The notes beneath the pieces were generated by a model that saw only the letters and a program-made list of their open reading frames with translations, searched no databases and was not told the origin of the DNA. DNA of 45,318 nt, taken from the NCBI GenBank assembly GCA_937895465.1, contig CALAYY010000042.1, positions 1 through 45,318 of the forward strand. Reading direction: 5' to 3'. Each line of letters begins with the position of its first letter. Position 1 is the stretch's first letter. The translations under genes and the position numbers were made by a program. Shown here one piece after another: positions 1-8,217 of the stretch. The DNA comes from an uncultured Clostridia bacterium (GTDB lineage Bacteria; Bacillota; Clostridia; Christensenellales; DUVY01).

Positions 1-2
1 TC

Positions 3-782
3 CTAAAAGAAACCAAAGTTGACCAAACAAATAATCAAAATCGATATTGTCAAGATACCGCTGATTTCATTCATTCGCCTTTGTAAAGGTGTCTGCTCAA
101 CTTTGGTTTCTTTTAGGATATTGGCAATGTGTCCGATTTCGGTTTGCATGCCTGTAGTAGTAACAACGGCAAGCCCCGTTCCATAAGTTATTTTGTCAGT
201 AGTAAACAACATATTCTTGCGGTCGCCCACAATAACTTTGTCACTGTCAATTTTTTCGGTGTTCTTATCCACAGGAGAAGATTCACCCGTAAGTGCCGCT
301 TCTTCTGCCATAAGGCTGTTCGCTTTGATAATTCTTGCATCAGCGGCTATAACATCGCCTGCAGTTACTTGCATAATATCGCCCGGCACAAGCGTGTCAG
401 AAGGTACCATTTTTACCGCATTATTACGAATAACTGCGGTATAAGGTGTAGCCATACTTTTGAGCTTGGCAATTGCTTGTTCTGCCTTGCCTTCTTGTAT
501 TGTACTCATAACAGCATTAAGAAGAACTACTGCCAAAATTACTATCATATCCACTACTTCACCCAAAATACCGGATATAACAGCAGCGACTATCAAAACA
601 ATCATCATAGGATTGACTAATTGCTTCAAAAACTTAACCAATAAGCTCTCTTTTTTTTCTGATGACAAAACATTATGTCCGTATTCTTCCAGTCTTTTTG
701 CCGCTTCTTCGTCAGTAAGTCCTGATGAAGAGGTCTTCAATTGACCTAAAACTTCATCAATTTCTTGATTATAATACGCCAT
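3..782 (-). CDS. P-type cation-transporting ATPase (Ca2+/Mn2+-type), N-terminal part; gene continues beyond window start
   Basis: The translation shows a cation-ATPase N-terminal segment (LTDEEAAKRLEEYGHN), two TM helices, the actuator domain (PGDIMQVTAGDVIAADARI) and the TGES motif (LTGES). The ORF-track start at 827 lies inside the upstream leader. A better start is ATG at 782 (MAYYNQEIDEVL), preceded by GGAGG at 795-799. The frame is open to the window edge. Confidence 0.85.
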   Translation of the reverse strand: MAYYNQEIDEVLGQLKTSSSGLTDEEAAKRLEEYGHNVLSSEKKESLLVKFLKQLVNPMMIVLIVAAVISGILGEVVDMIVILAVVLLNAVMSTIQEGKAEQAIAKLKSMATPYTAVIRNNAVKMVPSDTLVPGDIMQVTAGDVIAADARIIKANSLMAEEAALTGESSPVDKNTEKIDSDKVIVGDRKNMLFTTDKITYGTGLAVVTTTGMQTEIGHIANILKETKVEQTPLQRRMNEISGILTISILIICLVNFGFF

Positions 783-808
783 TAATACTCTTTTCCTCCG
801 CATTAATT

Positions 809-830
809 GATTTGACTCTTTCGTCAAATC
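809..830 (-). promoter_or_regulatory. 8-bp hairpin directly 3' of the riboswitch aptamer (possible expression platform)
   Basis: The minus-strand RNA reads GAUUUGAC-GAAAGA-GUCAAAUC, immediately after the 3' strand of aptamer P1 and about 10 nt before the GGAGG SD. No U-tract follows, so it is not a classical terminator. Confidence 0.35.
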
Positions 831-930
831 GATAAAAGTCTTGCCAATAATCTATATACCGAAAGTTCAGATTTCTTTGTGTTGACGGCATATCGCCGCT
901 TTGTTTTAGCGGTGACTACTCCCTTTTATC
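831..930 (-). promoter_or_regulatory. yybP-ykoY family (Mn2+) riboswitch aptamer in the leader of the P-type ATPase gene
   Basis: The minus-strand RNA is GAUAAAAGGGAGUAGUCACCGCUAAAACAAAGCGGCGAUAUGCCGUCAACACAAAG...UUGGCAAGACUUUUAUC. The closing helix is GAUAAAAG/CUUUUAUC. The conserved 5' element AAAGGGAGUAG and 3' element GCAAGAC(C/U)UUU match the yybP-ykoY consensus as I remember it (e.g. L. lactis AAAGGGGAGUAGC ... UUAGCAAGACCUUUCC). There is an internal hairpin CCGCU-AAAACAA-AGCGG and a GUCAACA element. Confidence 0.75.
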
Positions 931-1132
931 AATAGTCCTGAAAAAACAATACAGGGCAATTTTATTATTTCAAATATTAATATGCCCTAAAAGTAAAAAT
1001 AATTATAGCTTTTTCTATATTCCTCCTAATAATGTATACAATAAAAATAACATTTTTTACCTTTTTTCGCAACTGCTAATAATTATATGAAGGATAATCA
1101 ATAATATAAGTATAATTAAAAGAGGTGTAATT

Positions 1133-1945
1133 ATGTCAGAAATTGTATTTGTATTGGGCGGCTCTTCTGGAATAGGGCTGGAAACTGTAAAGAAATTTAT
1201 TAATGAAAAATATACTGTCTATAACGGCTCAAGGACAGAATGCCCCGTAGCTGGTGTAACTAATTTGACTGTTGATGTTGCCAATCCCGAGACTTTATCA
1301 AAGGCAGTAGAAAATATATTATCCGAACACGGCAAAATAGATATCGGTGTCTATTGTGCAGGCATATCTATTGCCGCTCCTGCAGAAAAGACTACTAGAG
1401 ATGATTATAACTATCTTTTTGAAGTCAACATGTTTGGTGCTGCCGAGTTTGTAAGAGAACTTGTTCCTGTAATGAAAGCACATAATAAAGGACGGCTGCT
1501 TTTTGTAAGTTCGTTGGCAGGTGAATTGCCCGTTCCGTTTGAAGCATACTATAGTGCTTCAAAAGCGGCGTTGGATGCATTTGTGTCCGAACTCAATATT
1601 GAATTTAATCAATTTAATATTTATGCAACTTCTATTGTACCAGGAGGAGTTCGAACAGATTTTACACAAAAGAGAAAGATATATTCGGACGGCGAGCAGG
1701 TAGAAAATCTTGATAAGGCAACTCAAAAGCTTGCTACTTTTGAACAGCAAGGATTACATGCCCAAAAGGTAGCACATGCTATTTATTGTCAGGCTATTAA
1801 AAAAAGACCTGATGTAATATGCGTTGTTGGATTAAAAAATAAAGTTCAATATGTCGCAAGTAAAGTATTGCCCCAAAAAGCCTCTTTAGGTGTAATAAAA
1901 TATATGTATAAGCAAGAAAATAACGGCAATAATGCAAGAGTATAA
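1133..1945 (+). CDS. SDR-family NAD(P)-dependent oxidoreductase
   Basis: N-terminal Rossmann glycine motif (VLGGSSGIG) and catalytic YxxxK (YSASKAAL). The SD AAGAGGTG lies 6 nt upstream of the ATG. A terminator follows. Confidence 0.8.
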   Translation: MSEIVFVLGGSSGIGLETVKKFINEKYTVYNGSRTECPVAGVTNLTVDVANPETLSKAVENILSEHGKIDIGVYCAGISIAAPAEKTTRDDYNYLFEVNMFGAAEFVRELVPVMKAHNKGRLLFVSSLAGELPVPFEAYYSASKAALDAFVSELNIEFNQFNIYATSIVPGGVRTDFTQKRKIYSDGEQVENLDKATQKLATFEQQGLHAQKVAHAIYCQAIKKRPDVICVVGLKNKVQYVASKVLPQKASLGVIKYMYKQENNGNNARV

Positions 1946-1950
1946 AAATA

Positions 1951-1996
1951 TTATTATTTCTTTTTAAAAGCCGCAAAAATTATATTTGCGGCTTTT
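1951..1996. repeat. 46-bp direct repeat, copy 1 (identical to 5258-5303); contains a terminator hairpin
   Basis: ttattatttctttttaaaagccgcaaaaattatatttgcggctttt occurs identically at 1951-1996 and 5258-5303 in the same orientation. Confidence 0.95.
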
Positions 1997-1998
1997 TT
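1966..1998. terminator. Rho-independent terminator (bidirectional architecture) after the SDR gene
   Basis: Stem GCCGCAA (1970-1976) pairs with TTGCGGC (1986-1992). An A-run lies 5' and a T6 run 3'. Confidence 0.8.
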
Positions 1999-2053
1999 GA
2001 AATTATCAATTAAAATGCTAGAGAATTAGTATAAAGGTTGTACTTTATGTCGT

Positions 2054-2083
2054 TAAGGTTGTCAGCACCCTCATCCCCTTGCC
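2054..2083. repeat. ~30-bp imperfect direct repeat, copy 1 (related to 4518-4547, part of the histidine-kinase remnant coding sequence)
   Basis: On the minus strand, GGCAAGGGGATGAGGGTGCTGACAACCTTA aligns with GTCAACGGGATGGGGGTGTTGACAACCTTA. The core is 22/24 identical and the full span 26/30. It sits 4 nt downstream of the stop of the GLUG lipoprotein gene. Confidence 0.8.
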
Positions 2084-2087
2084 CAGA

Positions 2088-4229
2088 TTATGATATTTCT
2101 TTAAGCACAGGATTTCCGTCTTCTGATAAATTTTCAAAATCCCATATGTTATTGTCCCATAAAACTTCCATTGCAGAAACTATTTCAGCCACATTTTCAG
2201 CCTGTATTCCGTTGTATTCGGTACTATTGCCGGTTTGGCTTGATATTCGATAACAGTTTTGTATTAATATTGTTTTTTCTCCTTCATCGTCCAGATAACC
2301 TATCAATCCCCCCGAACTTATTCCGCTTACATTTCCTGATGTATAACAGTTTTTCATAAAAATATATGAGTCATTAAATGAACAGCCCAACCAGCCGCCT
2401 GCATAAGAAATATCTTCATGATTTGTATCAGAATTCAGATCAAGTGATGAAAAGCTGTTATTTGAGATTATTGCACCCATCATATTCAAACCGACAGAGC
2501 CGCCGATTACTGACGCCATATCTCTTACAGTACTTATTTCTCCTGAAGAATGACTGTTATCAATATAAACGAGTCCCATATTTGCACCAACAAAACCTCC
2601 GCCATAAGTAAAAATCCCCTGCGAATTAAATATATTTGAAGTCGAACACTCATTTATTGCAATAACGGCATAAAATGTGTTTGTTCCTCCTACCAGTCCA
2701 CCGATGAGGACACCGTAACCGTTTGTGTCAATATTATTTATTGCTTTGCATTTATTAATTTTCAAATATGTATATTTGATATCATCATCGATTATGATGC
2801 CTGCCAATCCTCCAGCTGATAATGAGTTATCACCCGAATCGGAAGATATGATTGTTATATCCGTCTCAACAGAGCACGATGTTATAATAGAATCAGATTT
2901 AACTGTTGCTGTAATTCCTCCAACGTAAACATCATATTGTTCTTCACTTGTATTTTCAATTTGTATGTTAACACAAAAATTTTCCAGATTAAGATTTTTT
3001 ACAACACCATTCAGATTTTTAAATAATCCGAATTCTACATTAGTGTTTTGATATACTTCATTAATGCTCAAATTTTTGATTGAAAATCCGTTTCCGTCAA
3101 AACATCCGATAAAATCTTTTGGAGCCCATTCAATCCCTGTAAGGTCTAAGTCATTCATTAATTTATAATAATACATTTCATTCATATTATCCAAATCTTC
3201 AATTGTGAATATCTCAAAAATTTTGTTTAATGAAACCTGTAATATTATTTCTTCATTTTCGGTGAACGTCAATTCATCATATTCTTTGATTAATGTTCCG
3301 ACATATTTATTTGAATAAGTAACACTTTGGAAAACCCTTGAATACATACCAGATACAGGTTTTACCAACACTTTATAACGGTTATTATCAATTTTTATTA
3401 TTTCCGAATAGACCGTTCCGTTAAGTTCGATATTATGAATATCATAACCTGTAGGATTATCTAAGATAACGCACAAATATACATCATCCTCAGGAAAGCA
3501 ATAAAAAATCTCTTCTCCGCTTTCATTAATATATAAAATATCAACATAACGAAGTTCGCCGTTAACAAAGATACTTGCATTCATATCAGAAACTGTAGTT
3601 ATATGACTTTCTTCTTCCAAGGAAAATTGAATTTCTTCTAAAGAAAACTGGGTATTTCCGCCCGAATACTTGTCATCACAAATAAATTCCGCCGTCATTT
3701 GATGTGTTGTGCTGTTATAAGTAACATCAAAAAGCTCTCCGTTAATTTTTGCCTTATTTATGGTGGCATTCAAAGGATTGTTAAGCTGCACTACAAATTG
3801 AAAAGATTCATCTTGTGATACAAATTCTTGCAAAAATCCGATTGAAACAATGTCAATAATGTTTGTTTTAATAATTGTTTCAATAGATGCATTTTGTTCT
3901 CCTGCTCCGTCATTAAGATTATATGTATAGGATGCTTTAATCTTGTAATCACAATTTGGCGTTAATTCATTAAAAGTATCGCTTAAGATATTTGCAGCAT
4001 CTGCGATATGTTCGTCTCCTTCGAATAATTCTACCTTAATTAATTGTCCGACACCGTCAATATCTGTAAATTGCAAATTATAACTGATAGTATCTGTACT
4101 ACTCTCAATACCTGAAAATTTTGCCTGCGGAACAGCATAAATTTTTGCTTTTGGTTGTTTACATCCGACAAAAATTGCAAAAATAATAAAAATAAATATC
4201 AATAAAAAAAATATCTTTTTTGCTCTCAT
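2088..4229 (-). CDS. Surface lipoprotein with GLUG-motif repeats (beta-helix-like C-terminal region)
   Basis: Signal peptide plus lipobox (MRAKKIFFLLIFIFIIFAIFVGC). The C-terminal half carries repeated GLUG-type motifs (GGLAGII, GGLVGGT, GGFVGAN, GGSVGLN, GGWLGCS, GGLIGYL) preceded by FDGNGFSIKNL. The N-terminal half looks like Ig-like or repeat domains. Confidence 0.75.
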   Translation of the reverse strand: MRAKKIFFLLIFIFIIFAIFVGCKQPKAKIYAVPQAKFSGIESSTDTISYNLQFTDIDGVGQLIKVELFEGDEHIADAANILSDTFNELTPNCDYKIKASYTYNLNDGAGEQNASIETIIKTNIIDIVSIGFLQEFVSQDESFQFVVQLNNPLNATINKAKINGELFDVTYNSTTHQMTAEFICDDKYSGGNTQFSLEEIQFSLEEESHITTVSDMNASIFVNGELRYVDILYINESGEEIFYCFPEDDVYLCVILDNPTGYDIHNIELNGTVYSEIIKIDNNRYKVLVKPVSGMYSRVFQSVTYSNKYVGTLIKEYDELTFTENEEIILQVSLNKIFEIFTIEDLDNMNEMYYYKLMNDLDLTGIEWAPKDFIGCFDGNGFSIKNLSINEVYQNTNVEFGLFKNLNGVVKNLNLENFCVNIQIENTSEEQYDVYVGGITATVKSDSIITSCSVETDITIISSDSGDNSLSAGGLAGIIIDDDIKYTYLKINKCKAINNIDTNGYGVLIGGLVGGTNTFYAVIAINECSTSNIFNSQGIFTYGGGFVGANMGLVYIDNSHSSGEISTVRDMASVIGGSVGLNMMGAIISNNSFSSLDLNSDTNHEDISYAGGWLGCSFNDSYIFMKNCYTSGNVSGISSGGLIGYLDDEGEKTILIQNCYRISSQTGNSTEYNGIQAENVAEIVSAMEVLWDNNIWDFENLSEDGNPVLKEIS

Positions 4230-4343
4230 ATACTTTCCCCCAATAAATGAAATTTCAAAAAGAATAGTAAATTAATTAATTGTATAATATTATATTAAAA
4301 ATTACAACAAAATATAAAAAAATTTTCAACAAAATGGCGTTCA

Positions 4344-4559
4344 TTAATTTTCAATTTTTCGTTTTTTTATACGCACTGTTACGCATGCCCCCTCGTTAAT
4401 ATGAGAGTGGATTGAAATACCATAATTTTTACCGTATTCAAGTTTGATGCGTTCATCGACATTTTTTAATCCGTATCCGCCCAGAGAATTGATATCTCGA
4501 AGCTTTTTCATTACGCCTAAGGTTGTCAACACCCCCATCCCGTTGACCACCTTAATCAA
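4344..4559 (-). pseudogene. Remnant of a sensor histidine kinase (C-terminal end of the HATPase_c domain only)
   Basis: The translation GGYGLKNVDERIKLEYGKNYGISIHSHINEGACVTVRI is the G2-box-to-C-terminus of a YesM/LytS-type kinase. There is no H-box, N-box or TM region. It has only a TTG start, immediately after an in-frame TAA, and overlaps the upstream ORF by 8 nt. Confidence 0.7.
4518..4547. repeat. ~30-bp imperfect direct repeat, copy 2 (inside the histidine-kinase remnant)
   Basis: See 2054-2083. This copy encodes NGMGVLTTL of the remnant. Confidence 0.8.
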
Positions 4560-4857
4560 TTATTTTTTTATACTTATTCATAATATTGCAAACTGCCTTA
4601 GTGGTCAAAAAAGCTGTTAATAAGTCCTTGCCATCGTCATTATTAAAGTTTTTTGTTATTAAAGAATTTATAACTTCATTCTTTTCTTTTGAAAATGCGG
4701 TAAACTCTTTATCAAATCTTTCGCCTTTTAGAAAACGTGAAACATACCCTGCAATGTAATTTTCCTCCACCTCAAACTTATGGTCAAGCAGTTTCCGCAA
4801 AGGTAGTGCAAGGTAAGCTTTTAATACATATAATTCATGTTTAGGCAGCTTTTTCAT
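4552..4857 (-). CDS. Hypothetical protein, 101 aa, no recognised family
   Basis: ATG-initiated ORF overlapping the upstream ORF by 17 nt, with only a weak SD. It is soluble and lysine-rich. The C-terminal AVCNIMNKYKK resembles QVVEIMKKYY of its neighbour. Confidence 0.45.
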   Translation of the reverse strand: MKKLPKHELYVLKAYLALPLRKLLDHKFEVEENYIAGYVSRFLKGERFDKEFTAFSKEKNEVINSLITKNFNNDDGKDLLTAFLTTKAVCNIMNKYKKIID

Positions 4858-5176
4858 TTTTATCTTTACCCAATAAATAATATTTTTTCATTATTTCAAC
4901 TACTTGCAAGCAAAGATTAAAGTATTCCAAAGCATAATCGTCAAACTCTTTTATATCGGTATCATCGTAAAATTTCTTACAATTTTTTATGGTTTCCTTA
5001 TATATTATGCTATCGGAAATCACCTTACCTTTTAACAGCAAATTGCAAATGGAAAAATCAACATCTTCAATGAATAAAATCCTGTCAGTATTATCAGTTT
5101 TAAATATTGAAGGTATTCTCAACTTCTGAAAATGCTTAAGCAATTCCTTTTCAGTTTTTTCTATTGAATATTTCAT
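4841..5176 (-). CDS. Hypothetical protein, 111 aa, no recognised family
   Basis: ATG preceded by a strong SD (AGGAGGT, 5-nt spacer), located directly downstream of the repeat/terminator copy 2 on the minus strand. Confidence 0.6.
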   Translation of the reverse strand: MKYSIEKTEKELLKHFQKLRIPSIFKTDNTDRILFIEDVDFSICNLLLKGKVISDSIIYKETIKNCKKFYDDTDIKEFDDYALEYFNLCLQVVEIMKKYYLLGKDKNEKAA

Positions 5177-5257
5177 TGCTACCTCCTATAACAACACATA
5201 CCAGTAAGATAATATTTTGCCGGCTGTTGTAAAAATACCGCCAAGAGCATAGCTATC

Positions 5258-5303
5258 TTATTATTTCTTTTTAAAAGCCGCAAAAATTATATTTGCGGCT
5301 TTT
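5258..5303. repeat. 46-bp direct repeat, copy 2 (identical to 1951-1996)
   Basis: Exact identity over 46 nt. The last five codons and the stop of the MFS gene lie inside it. Confidence 0.95.
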
Positions 5304-5304
5304 T
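5273..5304 (-). terminator. Rho-independent terminator of the hyd-transporter-MFS transcription unit
   Basis: Stem GCCGCAA (5277-5283) pairs with TTGCGGC (5293-5299), flanked by A- and T-runs. The MFS stop codon (5287-5289) is in the loop. Confidence 0.7.
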
Positions 5305-6477
5305 ATATTTTACAGACTTTTTTGCCCTGTTAAGAAGCTCTACCATTAATATCATAACTAAAGAAATTATTAACAAAAATAAAGGCAATAATGACATATT
5401 AATATATTGACCGATTAATCCAAAAAGCGGCGGAACAAAAGTTGCACCTACATAAGCACATGCCATTTGAACACCCATAATAGACTGAGAAATATCAGCA
5501 CCAAAATTATCAGGTGTACTGTGTATAATAGATGGATAAATCGGAGCGCAGCCAAGTCCTATAACAAAAAATGCTATGCAAAGAATTATATCTATGCTGG
5601 GTAAAAACAATAGAGCAATACCAAGTATAATAAATACCTGACCTATACGGATAAGGTTTTTATTACTTATACGTGCAGTCAAAAAACCAGAAACCAATCT
5701 TCCAAAGGTTATTCCAAAATAATATAAAGAAATCCAAGAAGCGGCTATGTTTTTTTCTATACCTCTTGAGATTACCAAAAAGCTGCTGCCCCATAATCCT
5801 GCTGTGCTTTCGACTGCGCAATAACATAAAAAAGCAAGCAATATTGGCTTTGAACCTTTAATTTTTAATATTTGGCTTAATGAAACAGGCTTGTATTCTT
5901 TTTTCTCATTGGTAAGATTCTCTTTTTGAAGTTTATCTCCCTTTTTCCATAACGGCAGTGCAAGAAAGAGTACGAGAACTAACACAGTCTGAATCAATCC
6001 AATAGTGAGATAACCCATATTCCAACTGTTTTTGCTTAGCCAAAAAGACATTATTAGCGGACTCATTGTCACACCTACACCCCAAAAACAATGCAGCCAA
6101 TTCATATGCTTTGCTTTATAATGAAGGGCGACATAATTATTGAGAGCGGCATCCACACTGCCCGCTCCCAACCCGAGCGGAATGCAGAAAACCAACATCA
6201 TCCAAAAATTAGTTGAAAAGGATATACCGATAAGTGCAATAGCAGTCATACATACGCTTACGGCAGTAGTTAAGCCAGTTTTAAAACGATATATAATTTT
6301 ACTGCTAAAAAAGCTTGATATTATCGTGCCGCAAGAAACAGTAAAAGATAAAATCCCTGCAAATGAAAGAGGAACTCCAAATATGGGATATAATGTAGGC
6401 CAAGCAGTGCCGAGCAAAGAATCAGGTAAGCCAAGGCTTATAAACGCAAGATATATGATAATAAGTAATGCAACCAT
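5287..6477 (-). CDS. MFS transporter
   Basis: About 12 hydrophobic helices. The N-terminus ISLGLPDSLLGTAWP and the segment GLGAGSVDAALNNY are typical of MFS (FucP-like) proteins. The start is revised to ATG at 6477 (MVALLIII...), with AAGGA 7 nt upstream. The ORF-track start at 6555 overlaps the permease gene. Confidence 0.75.
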   Translation of the reverse strand: MVALLIIIYLAFISLGLPDSLLGTAWPTLYPIFGVPLSFAGILSFTVSCGTIISSFFSSKIIYRFKTGLTTAVSVCMTAIALIGISFSTNFWMMLVFCIPLGLGAGSVDAALNNYVALHYKAKHMNWLHCFWGVGVTMSPLIMSFWLSKNSWNMGYLTIGLIQTVLVLVLFLALPLWKKGDKLQKENLTNEKKEYKPVSLSQILKIKGSKPILLAFLCYCAVESTAGLWGSSFLVISRGIEKNIAASWISLYYFGITFGRLVSGFLTARISNKNLIRIGQVFIILGIALLFLPSIDIILCIAFFVIGLGCAPIYPSIIHSTPDNFGADISQSIMGVQMACAYVGATFVPPLFGLIGQYINMSLLPLFLLIISLVMILMVELLNRAKKSVKYKKPQI

Positions 6478-6517
6478 AATAAATCCTTTATTTATTATTA
6501 TAATATTATCAATACAA

Positions 6518-7264
6518 TTAGTCCATATATTTCCTTTTAATTTTTCTGACAGCAAATTCTATTAAGAAAACAAACAACACCATCAAAATTGTCCATGCGA
6601 AAATATTGGCAGTGTTAAGATAAATTCGTTCTTGCAGCATTGTATAACCTATTGTTCCGCGCGGCTGAGCTATAAATTCTGACATAACCATAACTTTGAG
6701 GCCCAATCCAAAAGACTGAACAAACGAAGCAATTATGTAAGGAAAAGTCACAGGAACAAATATAGACATAATTATTCTAAAGTTTATTCCGCTTAGCTGT
6801 TTAATTTCATCTTTTATAGCATCGTCAATTGCCAAAAAACCACTCAAAACCCCTTCATACATAACGGGTAACACTACAAATCCGGTAATAAAATACGGAC
6901 TTAAGTCATTTCCGACAACAAATAGTAAAATTAGTATAACCGACACTATAGGAACTGTTCTTAATATAACAAAAAAAGGCTTGAAAAAGCTTTCAAACCT
7001 TGAAAATTTGTATGATAAAAATGCTAAGATAAGAGTTAAGACCGCACAAACAAGCACTGTCAATATCAGTCTTCCCACAGTCTTTAGGATTATTAGATAT
7101 GTACTGCTTTTTTTCAATAAAGCTACTAAAGACCATAAAACACTTGAAATATCGGGAATAACCAAATCATTATTAACAAGCTGCTCCCCAGATGTCCAAA
7201 GAACAATCAAAAACAATACGCCAAGCAATACATATACAAAACCGTAATGTTTCTTTTTGTTCAT
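6518..7264 (-). CDS. ABC transporter permease, NitT/TauT (SsuC-like) family
   Basis: Six-TM pattern with a degenerate EAA-type loop (AIDDAIKDEIKQLSGINFRIIMSIFVPVTFPYI). Its ATG overlaps the stop of the SBP gene by 1 nt. Confidence 0.7.
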   Translation of the reverse strand: MNKKKHYGFVYVLLGVLFLIVLWTSGEQLVNNDLVIPDISSVLWSLVALLKKSSTYLIILKTVGRLILTVLVCAVLTLILAFLSYKFSRFESFFKPFFVILRTVPIVSVILILLFVVGNDLSPYFITGFVVLPVMYEGVLSGFLAIDDAIKDEIKQLSGINFRIIMSIFVPVTFPYIIASFVQSFGLGLKVMVMSEFIAQPRGTIGYTMLQERIYLNTANIFAWTILMVLFVFLIEFAVRKIKRKYMD

Positions 7265-8217
7265 TAATAATAAAAGGTTTCAGAGGGTATTATGTCAAGC
7301 AAGTTAGAGTTTTTTTCAATCAGCAGTTCAAAATATTGTTCTGCAACGCTTTTATTATCTTTGGCATCCAGATAATCTATTACATTGCCACTTTGAATTG
7401 CAGATGCAATAACTGCTGAAGTCATATTAGTAAAATACTCATTCTTATTGACAATGTTATCTGCATATTGTGTAGGATTAGATTTTAGATTTTGTATATT
7501 AGCTTTTAATTTTTCTAGCACCTTATTTATCTTGTCAATATTCTTTGATTCGGGGTTAACAAAAACTCCTGCCTGAGGTATAGATGACATCTCATCAGCT
7601 AAAACCGTTTGAAGGTCAACAACATTTAGTTCCATGCCAAACTTAATTTGCAGTTGAGATACCACCGGTTCAGCAACAAGTGCATAATCATAAGTAGAAT
7701 TGTCGCCTTTAAATAACGGAACAACTTCACTTATTCCCGATTGGTAATCGATATTATCTTCATTGATAGCAATGTTTTTAGACGCTAATGCCGCTCTAAA
7801 AATTATATCAGGTGTTGTATTTTTTCCAAAAGCAATAATCTTTTTGCCAGTCAAATTAGAAAGCGTGTTATCTAATGGCGTTCCGTTTCTGGAGATTATA
7901 TAAACATTGCCAAAGGTTATCATAGAATCAAGTTTATATATAGAGTTATTGTTATTATATAGCTTGGCTCCCAAATTGAGCGGTGCTATCACTATATCAT
8001 GTGATTTGGTTGTAAAAGCTGATGACAAAAGGGTAGGACCGCTTACATTGTCAATTTCAATATCTTGATTATCATAAAGCCCGCCTAAAGCTATCAAGGT
8101 TATTCCGTCAGGAACCATAATCTTGACTTTGATATTTTGGGTTTTATTGCATCCCATTGCTGTATTCGATATCAGCATAATGCTCAGCAACAAAAACGCT
8201 AACAAAACCTTTTTCAT
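7264..8217 (-). CDS. ABC transporter substrate-binding lipoprotein (NMT1/SsuA-like)
   Basis: Signal peptide plus lipobox (LISNTAMGC). The size and alternating beta-alpha pattern are typical of NitT/TauT-type SBPs. An SD GGAGA lies upstream. It starts 15 nt after the hydA stop. Confidence 0.6.
   Translation of the reverse strand: MKKVLLAFLLLSIMLISNTAMGCNKTQNIKVKIMVPDGITLIALGGLYDNQDIEIDNVSGPTLLSSAFTTKSHDIVIAPLNLGAKLYNNNNSIYKLDSMITFGNVYIISRNGTPLDNTLSNLTGKKIIAFGKNTTPDIIFRAALASKNIAINEDNIDYQSGISEVVPLFKGDNSTYDYALVAEPVVSQLQIKFGMELNVVDLQTVLADEMSSIPQAGVFVNPESKNIDKINKVLEKLKANIQNLKSNPTQYADNIVNKNEYFTNMTSAVIASAIQSGNVIDYLDAKDNKSVAEQYFELLIEKNSNLLDIIPSETFYY

Noticed and set aside
129-744. Plus-strand ORFs 129-620, 193-444 and 460-744 from the six-frame track. 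Similar antisense ORFs lie inside most large genes (e.g. 6140-6565, 8266-8679, 33527-33982, 35284-35703).
   Set aside because: They lie entirely antisense to, or overlapping, ORFs with clear family motifs. They lack SD sequences and have low-complexity, shadow-like composition. I treat them as non-coding frame shadows.
3612-3650. An 18-nt imperfect tandem duplication encoding FSLEEIQFSLEE in the GLUG lipoprotein.
   Set aside because: It is a single duplication of six codons within a repeat-rich surface protein, with no evidence of variable copy number from one sequence.
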